This document shows positions 27,301-37,991 of a stretch of DNA of 54,454 bases, one piece after another (position 1 is the stretch's first letter; every line of letters starts with the position of its first letter). A program made the translations under genes and the position numbers. The stretch is from a virus (Duplodnaviria > Caudoviricetes). Location of the stretch: positions 1 through 54,454 of the IMG/VR virus record IMGVR_UViG_3300031974_003269, one strand, 5' to 3'. The notes beneath the pieces were generated by a model, which ran no database searches, was not told where the DNA came from, and was given only the letters and a program-made list of their open reading frames with translations.

Positions 27301-30300
27301 TAGAAGGTTATGTAGGAACACAAAAAGGTGCTGGTAGTGTAGAGAACCGACTTAAATTAGACAGACAGATCCTTAATTTCATGGGTTACAGCCCTCAAGG
27401 GTTCAAAAACATCACTTTCGGTCAGTACATTACTGAAAGACCTGGCATGAAGTACAACTTCTTTAACGGGGAGAATCGTATATCTCTACTTGGCGATGAA
27501 GAAGGTCTTAATTACTTGATGCGCGAAATACGGGCTATTGCTCGCAAGGATGGTAAAAGCAGAGCTAAAAAAGTAGCTAGAGCTATTAATGGAATGGTCG
27601 GTAAAAATGTATTACCTACCGACGATAAACTTTTTACTGAAACAGAAACAGAAGAGATGTTTCGCCCTATGGCTGAAGCTCAGGTTACAGCCGATGCCGC
27701 AGTAGACACTGCTGAAACTCTTCAAGGCATAGCTGATAAGACAGGCAGTAAAGATGTCCAGGCCGCTGCTGATAAATTAGTAGAGCCTAAAATGACTCCT
27801 CAAAGAAAAGATCTTGAGGATAGGATTTCGAGTACCGAAAACGCTATAGCTGAGGAAAGCAGGAGAAGAAAGTTAAGACAAGGTGAGAAAGACGGCCTCA
27901 ACGAAGAGCTAAAAAAAGCTAAAGATCCTGCAAAGATAGAACAGCTAAAACGTAAAATACAAGCATCCAAGGAGTCTGAGTCTAAACTACAAAAAAGAAA
28001 GGCCGAGTTTGAGGCCGAGCGTGATGCTTTACCCAAAGAGGTACAAGCTAAAGGACAGACCGATATAGATGTTGCTGTTGCACAACAAGCTACTCGTATT
28101 AACGCTCTTAATAAATTTGCAAATAAACAAACAGCCGCGTCTGCAAAAGCTGTAGTTGATAAGATAAATAAGAATCGAGCTCTTTTAGCAGACCAGGACG
28201 CGTTCGAAAAGAAATCAGCTCAGGTACAAGAAACTCTCGTAAATAGATTAAAGGAAAAATACGAAAAAATAGCTAAAGAGGAAGATCGAGAAATCAGAAA
28301 AGAAGATTTGATACCGACCCACGGTCAGATCATTGCAGAGATGTTAGACTTAAAATCTTTAATTAAAGGGTCAGCATTAACTAGCCAAAAAGCTGCAGAT
28401 GATCTTGCCGATATAGTATCTTCAAAAAACCCAGATCCGGACAGAGTCGTTCAAGCTTTCGAAGAGTTTACTAATGAGGTAGAGGACACAATTTCTTTAC
28501 TTGAAGGTAGAGAGACAGAAATCTTAAAAAGAATAGACCAACTTAGCCAAACAGCAGATTCTGCTCTTGGCGCTAAAAAGGTATACAGCCATACCCACCG
28601 ACTAGTTAATATAGTCAATCAAAACACCAAGACTGGTAAGATACAGTTCCGCGAGTGGGACGAGAAAAAGAACGACTGGGGTAAAGTCATAAGTCTAGAT
28701 AAAAAATCAGCTGATATACTTGAATACAAAGGAAACGAAAAGACACTTCAGTATAAACAAAAAGACTACAAGAAGGCTAGCGAAGCCTTAAAAAAGGCTG
28801 GGAAAAAGACTAACTTTTTAAAGTACCGTAAAATCAGTAATACAAAAGCAGCAGATCAAGCTACAAAGAAAGCCTCAGGCAAAACAACAAAAACAAAATC
28901 TGCTGATAAAACCAAAAAAGCCAAAAAACCAGAAATTTCAAAAGAAGCAAAAGCGGAGATTTCGGAGCTTCGTAAAATTCTCACAGTTGTGAGAGACCTC
29001 AAGAACTCAATAGCTCCAGAAAAAGCGGCTATTCATTGGAAAGATATTCCTCACGCTGTGTATTACTACCGAGACGAAAACAAGAAATTGCAGCCGGTCA
29101 CATTAGGAATGTTGGCAGACCAATCTAGTTTGTCTCAAGACGACACGAAACCAAAATTCGATAATTTTTATACAAGCCGTGGAAAGCTTCTCAAAAATGT
29201 AAAAAGAGATCCAGTAGCTTACCTGTGGCAGTTTAGTAATTGGAGAATAGCTAAACCAAAAACTGAAAAAGATACTAAAGACAATAAAGACACTACAGAG
29301 ATACACTGGACTCAAAATAAAAATAAAGTCTTGAGCAACTTTAGTATTGTTAAAGGAGGTTTAGATTACAAGGGGGTTACCTACAACACGGTAGAGGGTG
29401 CTTATCAAGCAAACAAAAGCGGAATTTATGTAGCTGGTTTTGAAAATTTGTCAGGATCTGACGCACAGAAAAAAGCTAGAGCGGATAAAATATCAACAGA
29501 TCTGACTACAAACAGAGCTTTAATGAAAGAGCTCATATCTATTAGATATAAATCAGATTCTGATTTTAAGCAGGCTTTAGACAAAGCTAAAGCTAATATA
29601 ACTCACCCCGTTCAAGATAAGTTTTGGAAAGTAGAATTTCCAAAAATATTAAACGAGGTTCGCGAGGTTAAGCCTGAAGTCCCAAAGCTTACGGATAGCG
29701 ATACAAGTAGGGAAGACGGTGCTGAAATTTCCATGATGCCTATTGAATCAATGTCAGTAGACATTGGAAACGGACAATCTATAGAAATCGATCAAAACGG
29801 TAATGGGGGTATTTACACGACCGAAGATAAGGTAAAGACTCTTGTTTCTGAGGCAACTGACGATCAGATAAAACAATATTTCGGTAAAGAGAAAAGTCTT
29901 CTAATAACCGACATGCGGGCTGGCAAAGCTCCCAACTCACCTGATGTTACTGCTCGTACTATCATAGATCCTGACATTGGGCAGGCTTACAACCCTTACG
30001 AAAATAACGGTAAAATAGACTACGATAAAAAGTTAGATTGGGCAGGCGGTATAACCCAAAGAGAATACTTAGGTATTTTAGATGCTGTGCGTGCATCAGC
30101 CGCTTTAGCCAACAACCAAAAAGGTTCAGGTATTAAGGTCACAAAAAACAAAGACGGCGACCAAGTAGCCCAGCCTGAAAAAATATATTTTCAACCAGAT
30201 AAAGGTACTACACACGTAAGTTTAGCGCTTTGGCGTCAGCGCTTAATGGACCAAAAAAACGGTGACTTTAGAGACCTTACCAGCGGAACTCTTGAAGAGT

Positions 30301-33300
30301 TAAACTTAGCCGAAACAGTAGTTTATGAAGTAGCAGAAGGCAGGACTCTCGAGCTTCTGGACGACAGAGATTTTTCAGGTTACAAGCTTCAACAAGTTAT
30401 GTCTTTGGCCGAACGAAGGGCTGAGCTACTTGCTGCTGACATTGAAAGATTAGAAAAAGAAAAATCTGTTAGAGCAAAAAACAGTAAAGGTGTAGAGGAG
30501 GAGTATTCTTTTGATGAAGCTATACAGCTAAGAAAGAGGAAACTAGCAGGACTTCTTTTTGATCCACACACCTTAGGAGATAAACAAGGCGAGGAGTCGG
30601 GAGGTCTTTTCCCCAAAGTGCACTCAGGTAAGCCTTGGACTTCTGCCTTGGTTGAGTTTCTATTCTACAAAGAAAAAGAGGCTGCTAAAGAAGCTATATT
30701 AAGAAACTGGTCGGATGACCTTAGAGCTAGAGACGGTATTGCAAAACCTAGCGATAAAAACGATCCTTATGGCGATCAGAGTAGAGTGCCTATAATGGGT
30801 TATTTAAAACACCTAGACTCCCCTGAAGTACTACAAGAGCTACAGCGAATCGAGGCTCAGGTCTTCGGACTAAATCAAGAAAGAAGACTTATCGCCGTAT
30901 CAGAGGAAAACCAAAAGAGCTATTTGGATAAAGTAGCTAGAGGAGAGACGGAAGCAGTCCCAGGATACGATGAAAAAGACAAAGCCAAGCAAGCTAGAAA
31001 AGAGGCTATCGGAGACCTTATATTTAAGCTTCTCGAAAAAGATCGGGAGCTCATGGAAGAAGCCAGAGAAGCCTTTGCTGAAGAGTACTCCAAAAAAGCA
31101 CAAAAAAGTAAGACTAGATTTCTTGAAAAGTTGGATATAACTAATCGAAACGGCACTCCTTTTAGTATTGAGGACTATACCTTTTTTCAAGCAGGAGAGC
31201 AGGCAGATGATCTTGTAGGGTCTAGAGTTCGCACTAAAGGAGAGCAGGCTCGCAAGAGGTTTAGGCGAGGTAATGTAGATCTTGGTATTCCTGTACTAGC
31301 TAATTTTATCAAAGCCAGAAAGGACAACGACACACCTTTAGTACTAGAGAAAACAACTCTAGGTTTTAATGAGTTAGCAGATCCCATTAGAGCATACGGA
31401 TATGAGAAGTCGCTCCGTAAAAACGTTAACACTAACCCGCAACCTCCTAATAATATAGAGTCCTTTAGTATGCCTAAAGCTAAGGGTAAAGGAGCCGTTT
31501 CCATATACCGAGAAAACGGTGTCTGGAAGTATAAGTCTACAAAAAGAAAATTAAACCAAAACTCCATAAATCGTGCAAACGAAGCTTACGTAAGCAAGGT
31601 ACTTCAAGATATTGAAAACTATGATACTAAGTTAGCGGAAGGAGCTAAGTCAGATAACCATGTTTCTTTAGCAAACTTTGTTAATTATATACTAGGGAAA
31701 TACTACGAAAACAAAGGTGACTTAGTCACAGCTATGGAGAAGTTAGATCACACAGCTTCTACAGATGCAAAAGGTATTAACAGACAAGGAGCTCCTGGGT
31801 TGGGTCTATTACCAAGCGTGTGGTTTACCTTCATCAAGGAAGCTTACACGTTAATTGGTTACGACTCTTCTAAAATAAGCCCAAAAGCAGATAGCAAATA
31901 CTCGTGGAATTTTGATGCTAAAACTATGTCGTTCAACGGCGAGGTTTTAGAAGGCAACATGTTCAAAGACGGAGTGCCCGACCCGAAAGACATGGCTGAA
32001 ATGGTCAAGCCGATTATACAAGCTGTGGTTGATGCGGGTAGAGTACAGTTCGAGGTAGGTATTGGGTTGGACGAGGATAAAACATCTAAAAATCTAGTTG
32101 CCGGTGGAGAACTCCAACAATTCGACAGTCAACTTTCCGACGCAGCCGAAGACATAGTTGACGCAGTTTACAGTCAAGCAGGTGCCGATACAGGGCAAGC
32201 TGAGAGCTCAGGATTAATAACTCAGGAGGGTTTAGATCAAGATGTAGATACTAGCCAGGATACCCGGATAAACATTAACAAAAGTTTTAAATCAAAAGAT
32301 TTTCAGCTAGAACCTCTCAATAAAGATCCAAAAGTTGTAGAGGAGTTCCAAGATAACTTTGAAGACTACCAGAAACGTATTAGCGATCTACGCAAGGGAG
32401 GGAAGGGCACAACCTTAGCAAAGGTGCTCAAGGAGTTTAAGAACGACCCAGGGTTTTGGAGAATCTTTGGATTGCCGGTGCCTCCTCAGCCGCAGTTTAC
32501 TAAGAAATTAAAAGCTAGCCCAAACTACCCCAGGTTCAAAGAGATTGTACTTGATCCCGACGACCCGCAAGGACCTAAGCCCCCCAAGCCTGGAACCCCT
32601 AAACAACCTCAACCTTCTATACAGAGCATACTAGATAATAGAGGTCCGGTTACATTCTCACTCGGAGCTCGAGTAGTTAATGACGACGACGCTAGTATCT
32701 TCGCTAGAATAATGAATCGAGTCAGCTGGTTTGCTACCGACGTAGCAGATTATTTAGGAGGTAAAAGAGAAAATTTTAAGCTTACCGGAAAAGGTATTAT
32801 GGACTCGTTTGTTGATCAGTCCAGAGCCTCCACTAAAGTATTGCGAGACGCGCTAATAGATGCGGGGGTTACTGACAAGAAAGTATTGGAAGCTCTTGAT
32901 GTGCGTGCTTTGTGGCATCAGTATTTTGGTAAAACAGATGAAGCGGTTAGGCAGGCGGAAATAGAATATATCGAGCCTATTATGGACGCTATGCGAGAGC
33001 ATGACGTGACTAACGAGGAGTGGGGTAGTTACATCACCGCAAGAGCTGTTCCCACAAGAAACATACATTTAGAAAAGTTGTACAAGGGTATGCTTGACGA
33101 GCTCGACCCTACTGATTCAGCAGACGCCAAGACTCGTAAAGAACTCGAGGCTTTCATGAAAAAGTACAAAGGCAAAATGAGCGGTATAGAAACCGCCGTA
33201 GCTGTAGATGTAGTCAAGAAGATGGAAGCTCAGGAAAAATTTAAGAACTTCCTCAACGATAAGCGGAACCCTCTTCAAAAATACTACGACATGAATATGC

Positions 33301-35972
33301 AGTCTCTCGTTATGAGAGGTGAGATGGGTTTAATACAGAACGACCCATCTAAAGGCGGTATTGATGAGGTAGCAGCTATGCGCAAAGCAAGCTCGTACTG
33401 GAACTGGCGATCCAACGGATCTCAGTACATGTACAAAATTGACGGTAAAGAAAACCAATACTCGTACTCTCCAATGCAAGGATTTGAGGGAGAGACCGAA
33501 ACTATTTTTGACAACGACCGAGCGTTTCAGATGGTAGGTAAATCTACCAACTCCTCAGGTAGAGGTTGGGATCAACCTAGGCAGAAACTGTTGTTTAAGG
33601 GATCTTTCGGTAGACCTGACGGAGTACCGGGGCCAGACCCCAACACCGCATTCGCTACCGCTCAGTCTCAATTTTTTGAAGGTGCTATACGAGCTCACAA
33701 GAATGAAGTTTCGCAAGCTTTCGGTTTAACTTACGAAGTACTTAGAGCTATGGCATACCACGGCGACAAGAAAGCCGTAGACACTCCGCTATTCGATCTT
33801 AGCCAAGCCGAGTTTAAGCAAGTAGAGGATCTTGTTAAGAATAATCCAGAAGCTATTAAGCGAGCTCGCGAGTTGTTCGAAGGCAAGAACCGTATATTCG
33901 AAAAAGAGTACAACCCAATAGATACTGTAAAGGGATACAAAATTGTACCTAAAGCTTACGGAGGAGACGACCCAGGTTTTAAAATGTTCCGTAAAGAGAT
34001 TAGCAGGGATTTTCAGAATAACCCAATGGTGTTCGTCTACCGTAAAAACGGTATACCGACTTATATTCAGTTTGCTAACACAGAAGCAGGAGGTAGAGCA
34101 GCTACTTCGATCAAGAACTTAAGATACGAAGCCTTACCAAGCTTTCTGCAAGGTATCAATAAGATCACTCGTTTCATGGCGAGTATGTTTACCTCGAGAA
34201 ACCCCGCTTTCTTAGTCCCCAACTTTGTCAGGGATTTGCAAACTGCATGGATCCATCTAAACGAAGATGAGAAAAAAGCTTTTGCTAAAGATGCTTTAAG
34301 CCCAAAGCAGATATATCCTTTGATGCGTGCTATATACAAAGTGGAGCGTAAGATGTTCAAAGGAGAGTCTACTTTAATTAAAGACGCGCCCAAATCAGGA
34401 GAGGCCGCAGAAACGTTTGTTAAAGAGCTAATCGCTAATGGAGATTGGGAGCGTGTATACCAATACGCAAAACAAGCAGGCGCTAAAGTTGGATACTTCA
34501 GGTTAGACACTATACCTGAAATTATAGACAGGCTTGCCGAAAATAAAGGTAAGCGGTCTAGCTTCGGGCCTAAAGCTCAGTGGGATAGCATGGTTAATAT
34601 GTTAGACAGCGCTAACAGCATGCTCGAAAACTCTATTCGTATATCTGCATTTGCAGCAGCAGTTAAGAACGGCAGCTCTATTCAAGAAGCGGCTAAAATC
34701 TCTAGAAACGTAACCGTCGACTTTAACCAAAAAGGAAACATGACACAGACCATGGGTTCCTTGTTTGTATTCTTTGGTGCTTCGATGAACTCGTTACATC
34801 GTATGTTTAAGACGATGCATAAGAGAGGTTTTAAGGAGTCCGCTAAGATGGCTGGTTATATAGCAGGTGCATCCGTTGTCATGGCTATGTTCAACCGAGC
34901 TTTTAGCGACGACGAAGATGAGATCGAGCCTGACTACGACAGAATTTCTACATACAAAAGAGATACTAACTTTATCATTACTGACCCGAGAGAAGGTAAG
35001 ACAGGATACTACAGTTTCCCTCTCCCGCTCGGTTACAATGTGTTCTGGGCCATAGGCCAATACGCTGCAGACTTCTGGGCAAGGTACGGAGGTGATGAGC
35101 CTCGGGGCGGAAGCGATCCTTTAACAGGCACATTACGTGTGCTTGAGTCCTTCATGAATACAGCCAATCCTATGGGCGGTGCTTCTTTGAGCACTTTCTA
35201 TGCTCCTAGTGCTTTAGAGCCGGTTGCACAGTTAGCGGCCAATAAAAACTTTATGGGTCTGCCTATACGGAGAGAGGATCCCGACTGGGGGGTTCAAAAA
35301 CCTGCGCATAAATCTGACGGTAAGCATGTCAGGCAGCACTGGACTGATTTTTCTGAATTAATCAATAAAATTGCGGGAGGAGACGATAACATAAAAGGTT
35401 CCATAAGAGGCGTGTTCGGAGACGACCCCGCGGATAATTTAAATGATTTTAAATGGGATTTCTCCGGGTCGGAGTTAGAGCATTTATTCACTGGTTGGAC
35501 AGGTGGGCCAGGGCAGTTGTTAGATGCTTTCTTTGGTGGAGTCGCATATCCTTTAATGAATTCAGATCTTAAAGAGGATTTGTCAGATCCTACCGGTGAA
35601 ACATGGGCAAACAAAATACCTATTCTAAATAGATTCTACAGATCATCTACTTCGGACGGTTCGTTGAAAAACAAGTTCTACAAAGTAAGACAGTTGGTCA
35701 AAGAATCTGAGATAGCTGTTAAAAATGAGAGCGCTAGAGGTGCCAAGTTTGGGGCTGCAGCAAAGAAACGTTTTAAAACACAGCTTCAGCTTTCGGGACT
35801 AGTCAAAATGGCCGACACAGTTAAACAAAAAGCTACCCAAGCTAGGAAAAAAGTATCTAGTTCTAAACTTGATGTTTCTGGAAAACTGCAACGCGTTGCG
35901 AAGATAGACCAGCAAGAACATAATGCGTACGTTGCAGTCGTGAAAAAAGCCCAATCCTTAGGTATATACTAG
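24393..35972 (+). CDS. Giant polyvalent virion/ejection protein (HExxH peptidase-like, NADAR-like, C-terminal LPD38-like)
   Basis: FLHESGH...DEWFA at ~aa 864; LSNF...Y.TVEGAYQA.K at ~aa 1646-1758; PLPLGYN...ANKNFMG.PI near C-terminus. Confidence 0.8.
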   Translation: MPDSFPGLDLGQKDYSPEDEDDILGLNKFTSKPSPRKFQPFGGSLQQQAPTFQEPQQIEQPQQTNEYYNVFDDAQLGQFEQLDKMASLSSKYKSSADKVYKLREKNLEDFVANDLKPFYDEYGAGFDYKDNYDQYISELQDLEKQYFKQSKKEDGFFSSESDARASANQMLSKFKKFSGRNGLLDRFNRFKSELDRYGKIRDAAAAEQAKYEEVLLSIPMQERLALEEGLKGPKTRKSKKQVNEALDSMQFEKPMYNYYDGLLNVDKVDPRYKPKVDFEDGRTATRQAERMDMAYRGKFEGLLSRRDQVLKDRQMRDRGVFFSSNGTVDGRPFQLSREDVDILDLNDIRKTGIKNYKGKPIDEAIASLGGEERLKVAELLQAVFTAYSNREDRQIAYFNNGKTDADKEAMEKANEAFEGILLHAADKGLTDEIVKSNESQGFLSSITSFFGNAIKRGWHTSELAEYADDFFLNNMDETAFEQFIAAAENLEQVPTSKSLQNFMGSDSDGVMESLGNLLFENPAAIPEMFVESLASFLPTYVKTAPATLGASFAAGLPFGGVPGGMTGLGVGARLNWGIASAAIEYSSTILEEMKGLGIDYKNPRVFMAAWNNEATRNAVVEKAEKRGLAIGTLDAIAGMMGSRVANVLHHTGNAAKGGKLLDSKAWNRSKLTTPRFTKFQRGRNAALEIGTDSTLGTSGELIAQLLTREEGEKLDYNSLIAEGIIGVGPGLLGAVNEVRGSADVSNVPFDLSEEQETATGTTGKISAAGFNNQYNTFKDAQSATAFIIEQADVTGDQQNALVDIFSRLYDANSKEMSNLKIVVAERTPFKDTENPASFHNIEGQRVIFLNKNAVGTNPVGAFLHESGHLARLLMGIEDSNLLGMYDALGQQGKQDAAAQYITKNHGQKYSKLDETTQKQVDKHLANTRPTELADEWFAYQFARVLTGNTAEKSVQTPLQQFLKSTLRPLLEGYVGTQKGAGSVENRLKLDRQILNFMGYSPQGFKNITFGQYITERPGMKYNFFNGENRISLLGDEEGLNYLMREIRAIARKDGKSRAKKVARAINGMVGKNVLPTDDKLFTETETEEMFRPMAEAQVTADAAVDTAETLQGIADKTGSKDVQAAADKLVEPKMTPQRKDLEDRISSTENAIAEESRRRKLRQGEKDGLNEELKKAKDPAKIEQLKRKIQASKESESKLQKRKAEFEAERDALPKEVQAKGQTDIDVAVAQQATRINALNKFANKQTAASAKAVVDKINKNRALLADQDAFEKKSAQVQETLVNRLKEKYEKIAKEEDREIRKEDLIPTHGQIIAEMLDLKSLIKGSALTSQKAADDLADIVSSKNPDPDRVVQAFEEFTNEVEDTISLLEGRETEILKRIDQLSQTADSALGAKKVYSHTHRLVNIVNQNTKTGKIQFREWDEKKNDWGKVISLDKKSADILEYKGNEKTLQYKQKDYKKASEALKKAGKKTNFLKYRKISNTKAADQATKKASGKTTKTKSADKTKKAKKPEISKEAKAEISELRKILTVVRDLKNSIAPEKAAIHWKDIPHAVYYYRDENKKLQPVTLGMLADQSSLSQDDTKPKFDNFYTSRGKLLKNVKRDPVAYLWQFSNWRIAKPKTEKDTKDNKDTTEIHWTQNKNKVLSNFSIVKGGLDYKGVTYNTVEGAYQANKSGIYVAGFENLSGSDAQKKARADKISTDLTTNRALMKELISIRYKSDSDFKQALDKAKANITHPVQDKFWKVEFPKILNEVREVKPEVPKLTDSDTSREDGAEISMMPIESMSVDIGNGQSIEIDQNGNGGIYTTEDKVKTLVSEATDDQIKQYFGKEKSLLITDMRAGKAPNSPDVTARTIIDPDIGQAYNPYENNGKIDYDKKLDWAGGITQREYLGILDAVRASAALANNQKGSGIKVTKNKDGDQVAQPEKIYFQPDKGTTHVSLALWRQRLMDQKNGDFRDLTSGTLEELNLAETVVYEVAEGRTLELLDDRDFSGYKLQQVMSLAERRAELLAADIERLEKEKSVRAKNSKGVEEEYSFDEAIQLRKRKLAGLLFDPHTLGDKQGEESGGLFPKVHSGKPWTSALVEFLFYKEKEAAKEAILRNWSDDLRARDGIAKPSDKNDPYGDQSRVPIMGYLKHLDSPEVLQELQRIEAQVFGLNQERRLIAVSEENQKSYLDKVARGETEAVPGYDEKDKAKQARKEAIGDLIFKLLEKDRELMEEAREAFAEEYSKKAQKSKTRFLEKLDITNRNGTPFSIEDYTFFQAGEQADDLVGSRVRTKGEQARKRFRRGNVDLGIPVLANFIKARKDNDTPLVLEKTTLGFNELADPIRAYGYEKSLRKNVNTNPQPPNNIESFSMPKAKGKGAVSIYRENGVWKYKSTKRKLNQNSINRANEAYVSKVLQDIENYDTKLAEGAKSDNHVSLANFVNYILGKYYENKGDLVTAMEKLDHTASTDAKGINRQGAPGLGLLPSVWFTFIKEAYTLIGYDSSKISPKADSKYSWNFDAKTMSFNGEVLEGNMFKDGVPDPKDMAEMVKPIIQAVVDAGRVQFEVGIGLDEDKTSKNLVAGGELQQFDSQLSDAAEDIVDAVYSQAGADTGQAESSGLITQEGLDQDVDTSQDTRININKSFKSKDFQLEPLNKDPKVVEEFQDNFEDYQKRISDLRKGGKGTTLAKVLKEFKNDPGFWRIFGLPVPPQPQFTKKLKASPNYPRFKEIVLDPDDPQGPKPPKPGTPKQPQPSIQSILDNRGPVTFSLGARVVNDDDASIFARIMNRVSWFATDVADYLGGKRENFKLTGKGIMDSFVDQSRASTKVLRDALIDAGVTDKKVLEALDVRALWHQYFGKTDEAVRQAEIEYIEPIMDAMREHDVTNEEWGSYITARAVPTRNIHLEKLYKGMLDELDPTDSADAKTRKELEAFMKKYKGKMSGIETAVAVDVVKKMEAQEKFKNFLNDKRNPLQKYYDMNMQSLVMRGEMGLIQNDPSKGGIDEVAAMRKASSYWNWRSNGSQYMYKIDGKENQYSYSPMQGFEGETETIFDNDRAFQMVGKSTNSSGRGWDQPRQKLLFKGSFGRPDGVPGPDPNTAFATAQSQFFEGAIRAHKNEVSQAFGLTYEVLRAMAYHGDKKAVDTPLFDLSQAEFKQVEDLVKNNPEAIKRARELFEGKNRIFEKEYNPIDTVKGYKIVPKAYGGDDPGFKMFRKEISRDFQNNPMVFVYRKNGIPTYIQFANTEAGGRAATSIKNLRYEALPSFLQGINKITRFMASMFTSRNPAFLVPNFVRDLQTAWIHLNEDEKKAFAKDALSPKQIYPLMRAIYKVERKMFKGESTLIKDAPKSGEAAETFVKELIANGDWERVYQYAKQAGAKVGYFRLDTIPEIIDRLAENKGKRSSFGPKAQWDSMVNMLDSANSMLENSIRISAFAAAVKNGSSIQEAAKISRNVTVDFNQKGNMTQTMGSLFVFFGASMNSLHRMFKTMHKRGFKESAKMAGYIAGASVVMAMFNRAFSDDEDEIEPDYDRISTYKRDTNFIITDPREGKTGYYSFPLPLGYNVFWAIGQYAADFWARYGGDEPRGGSDPLTGTLRVLESFMNTANPMGGASLSTFYAPSALEPVAQLAANKNFMGLPIRREDPDWGVQKPAHKSDGKHVRQHWTDFSELINKIAGGDDNIKGSIRGVFGDDPADNLNDFKWDFSGSELEHLFTGWTGGPGQLLDAFFGGVAYPLMNSDLKEDLSDPTGETWANKIPILNRFYRSSTSDGSLKNKFYKVRQLVKESEIAVKNESARGAKFGAAAKKRFKTQLQLSGLVKMADTVKQKATQARKKVSSSKLDVSGKLQRVAKIDQQEHNAYVAVVKKAQSLGIY

Positions 35973-37991
35973 ATGAAAGAAACTAATTTAAAGCTGAGCC
36001 AGAAACAAGAAGACAAACTTGTCAAATATGTCTTGGAGAGGTACAGGCAACTTAAAGAGGATAATAGAGAGCGGATCGAAGCTGATAAGATCTCATGGAA
36101 GACATATCATAACGACCGTTCAGATCGTGTTGATTACGATGGTATATTTAACCACTCGAATCTCTCGGTTCCTATGACCTCGCTTGTCGTAGATCATTTC
36201 ATGGCTAGAGCTGAGGATGAGATAACCGGTACGAGTCCTTACTTCAAATTCGAAGCACAGGGAGCGAGCGACCTGGAGATGGCCGAAACCTACGACAAGT
36301 ACTTTAACTGGAAAATAGAAGATCAAGCAAAGACACGGGAACGTCTGGAAGAGTCGTATCTACACTTATTTATCCAACGTGCTCTTGTTTTGAAATCTAC
36401 CTACAAGGAAGATGTCTCGGTCTGGTATGATTATGAACGCAACGGCTTGTTCAATAACCAGACTGGTGATTTCGAAGATATACCTGGCGAAGGACCAATC
36501 ATTGAGGGAGAAGCACAGTTCATCCCAGAGATGAATCCTTTGACCGGAGAAACAGAACTTCGACTTGCGAACGATCCTAGCTTCCAAATGATACCTGGAG
36601 TTCACGAGTTCCGACCGCTACCCCAAGGAATCCCAACCCAACAGATTAGGTACAAAGGTCCCAGGTCGGAGGTCATAGACTCAGATCGTTTCCTTTGCCC
36701 AATGACCGCAGCATCTGTCGATGAGGCTGACATCCTTGTAGAGCTGTACGACAAGGACATGAGCTGGGTTAGTGAGATGTTCATGAATCGGGAGTGGCTA
36801 ACAATCGCTGACTACGCAAACCTCATTAAAAAGGACGCAAATCCCAGGTCGGAGGTCGAAGAGAATGAGGAGAGGAAAGAGAATTTAGATTTCGATTCGG
36901 AAGAAAATCCAGTCGTTCCAATCATTGAGTGCTGGGTAAAACGTGATGTTCTCGGCACTGGCATCCCTCAGGAGTTTTGTGTATTCATCGACACTGAGAC
37001 CGAGAAACCAATTTACTACGAATACGTCGCTAAACTGACTCCCGACAACAAGGTTCCATATACCGCAGTATCGATCGGAAAAGAGCGTAACAAATGGTGC
37101 GGCAAAAGCCTGCCCGAGCGTATCCGCACCTTCCAGGAATATGTAGATAAACAATTTAATTCCCAAAGCTATCGGAATGAGCTCGCAGCTAATCCGATCA
37201 TTGGTGTTAATCCGCAAGCCGTTGAGGACGAGCCTGAGGATGTAGAATTGCATGCGGGTAAGATCTTTGAGCTTAAGGATCAGTACAGCATTGATGACTT
37301 CATAAACTTTGCAGCTGTTCCTAATGTAGACATCCGGACACAGGATCTTATTGATTTTGTATTTGGTATAGTGCAGCTCTGGCTCGGGGTATCTAATATG
37401 GCACAGGGTGACTACCAAGCATTAGCTCCCGCCAATACAGCGACTGGTGTCGAAGCAACATTACGCGAGGCGAGTAAGATCGGTCGCCGTTGGATGCGTC
37501 GTATTGTTCGTGGTTTCGAGGAGCATCTTACCAAGCTTGTACAAGTAACCATGGCAACCATCGATGAGGAAGAAGTCTTCGAATACATGGAGGGCGATGT
37601 CAGAGATTTTGGTGTTATGTCTCCTGAAGCAATTCGTGAGATCGGTATCAATGTCCGTGTCATACTATCACAGGATCAAGGTCAGCGTGCTATCGAGAAA
37701 GCTAATCTCGCATTGCAGACACAAGACAGATACTTCCAGTCACCGCCTGAGATGCGACCCTTTATCAGACCTATGCTTAAACGTATTCTCGATGCTATGG
37801 GCTTTGAGAAAACCGATGAGCTTCTTCCTCCCGAAGCACCACCCGATCCTAAGACCGAGGCAGAGATTGCAAAGATGCTTGGAGATAATGCTGCGCAGGG
37901 TGAAAGCCCAGCTCCAAGAGATGGTGTCTCAGCAGCAGCCGCTGGCATGGGAAATAGTAACCCCGCAGGAATGAACCAATATCAAGGATGA
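35973..37991 (+). CDS. Portal protein
   Basis: 672 aa; W.G.SLPE..., TATGVEA motif, Q/P-rich tail typical of P22/podovirus-like portals. Confidence 0.8.
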   Translation: MKETNLKLSQKQEDKLVKYVLERYRQLKEDNRERIEADKISWKTYHNDRSDRVDYDGIFNHSNLSVPMTSLVVDHFMARAEDEITGTSPYFKFEAQGASDLEMAETYDKYFNWKIEDQAKTRERLEESYLHLFIQRALVLKSTYKEDVSVWYDYERNGLFNNQTGDFEDIPGEGPIIEGEAQFIPEMNPLTGETELRLANDPSFQMIPGVHEFRPLPQGIPTQQIRYKGPRSEVIDSDRFLCPMTAASVDEADILVELYDKDMSWVSEMFMNREWLTIADYANLIKKDANPRSEVEENEERKENLDFDSEENPVVPIIECWVKRDVLGTGIPQEFCVFIDTETEKPIYYEYVAKLTPDNKVPYTAVSIGKERNKWCGKSLPERIRTFQEYVDKQFNSQSYRNELAANPIIGVNPQAVEDEPEDVELHAGKIFELKDQYSIDDFINFAAVPNVDIRTQDLIDFVFGIVQLWLGVSNMAQGDYQALAPANTATGVEATLREASKIGRRWMRRIVRGFEEHLTKLVQVTMATIDEEEVFEYMEGDVRDFGVMSPEAIREIGINVRVILSQDQGQRAIEKANLALQTQDRYFQSPPEMRPFIRPMLKRILDAMGFEKTDELLPPEAPPDPKTEAEIAKMLGDNAAQGESPAPRDGVSAAAAGMGNSNPAGMNQYQG

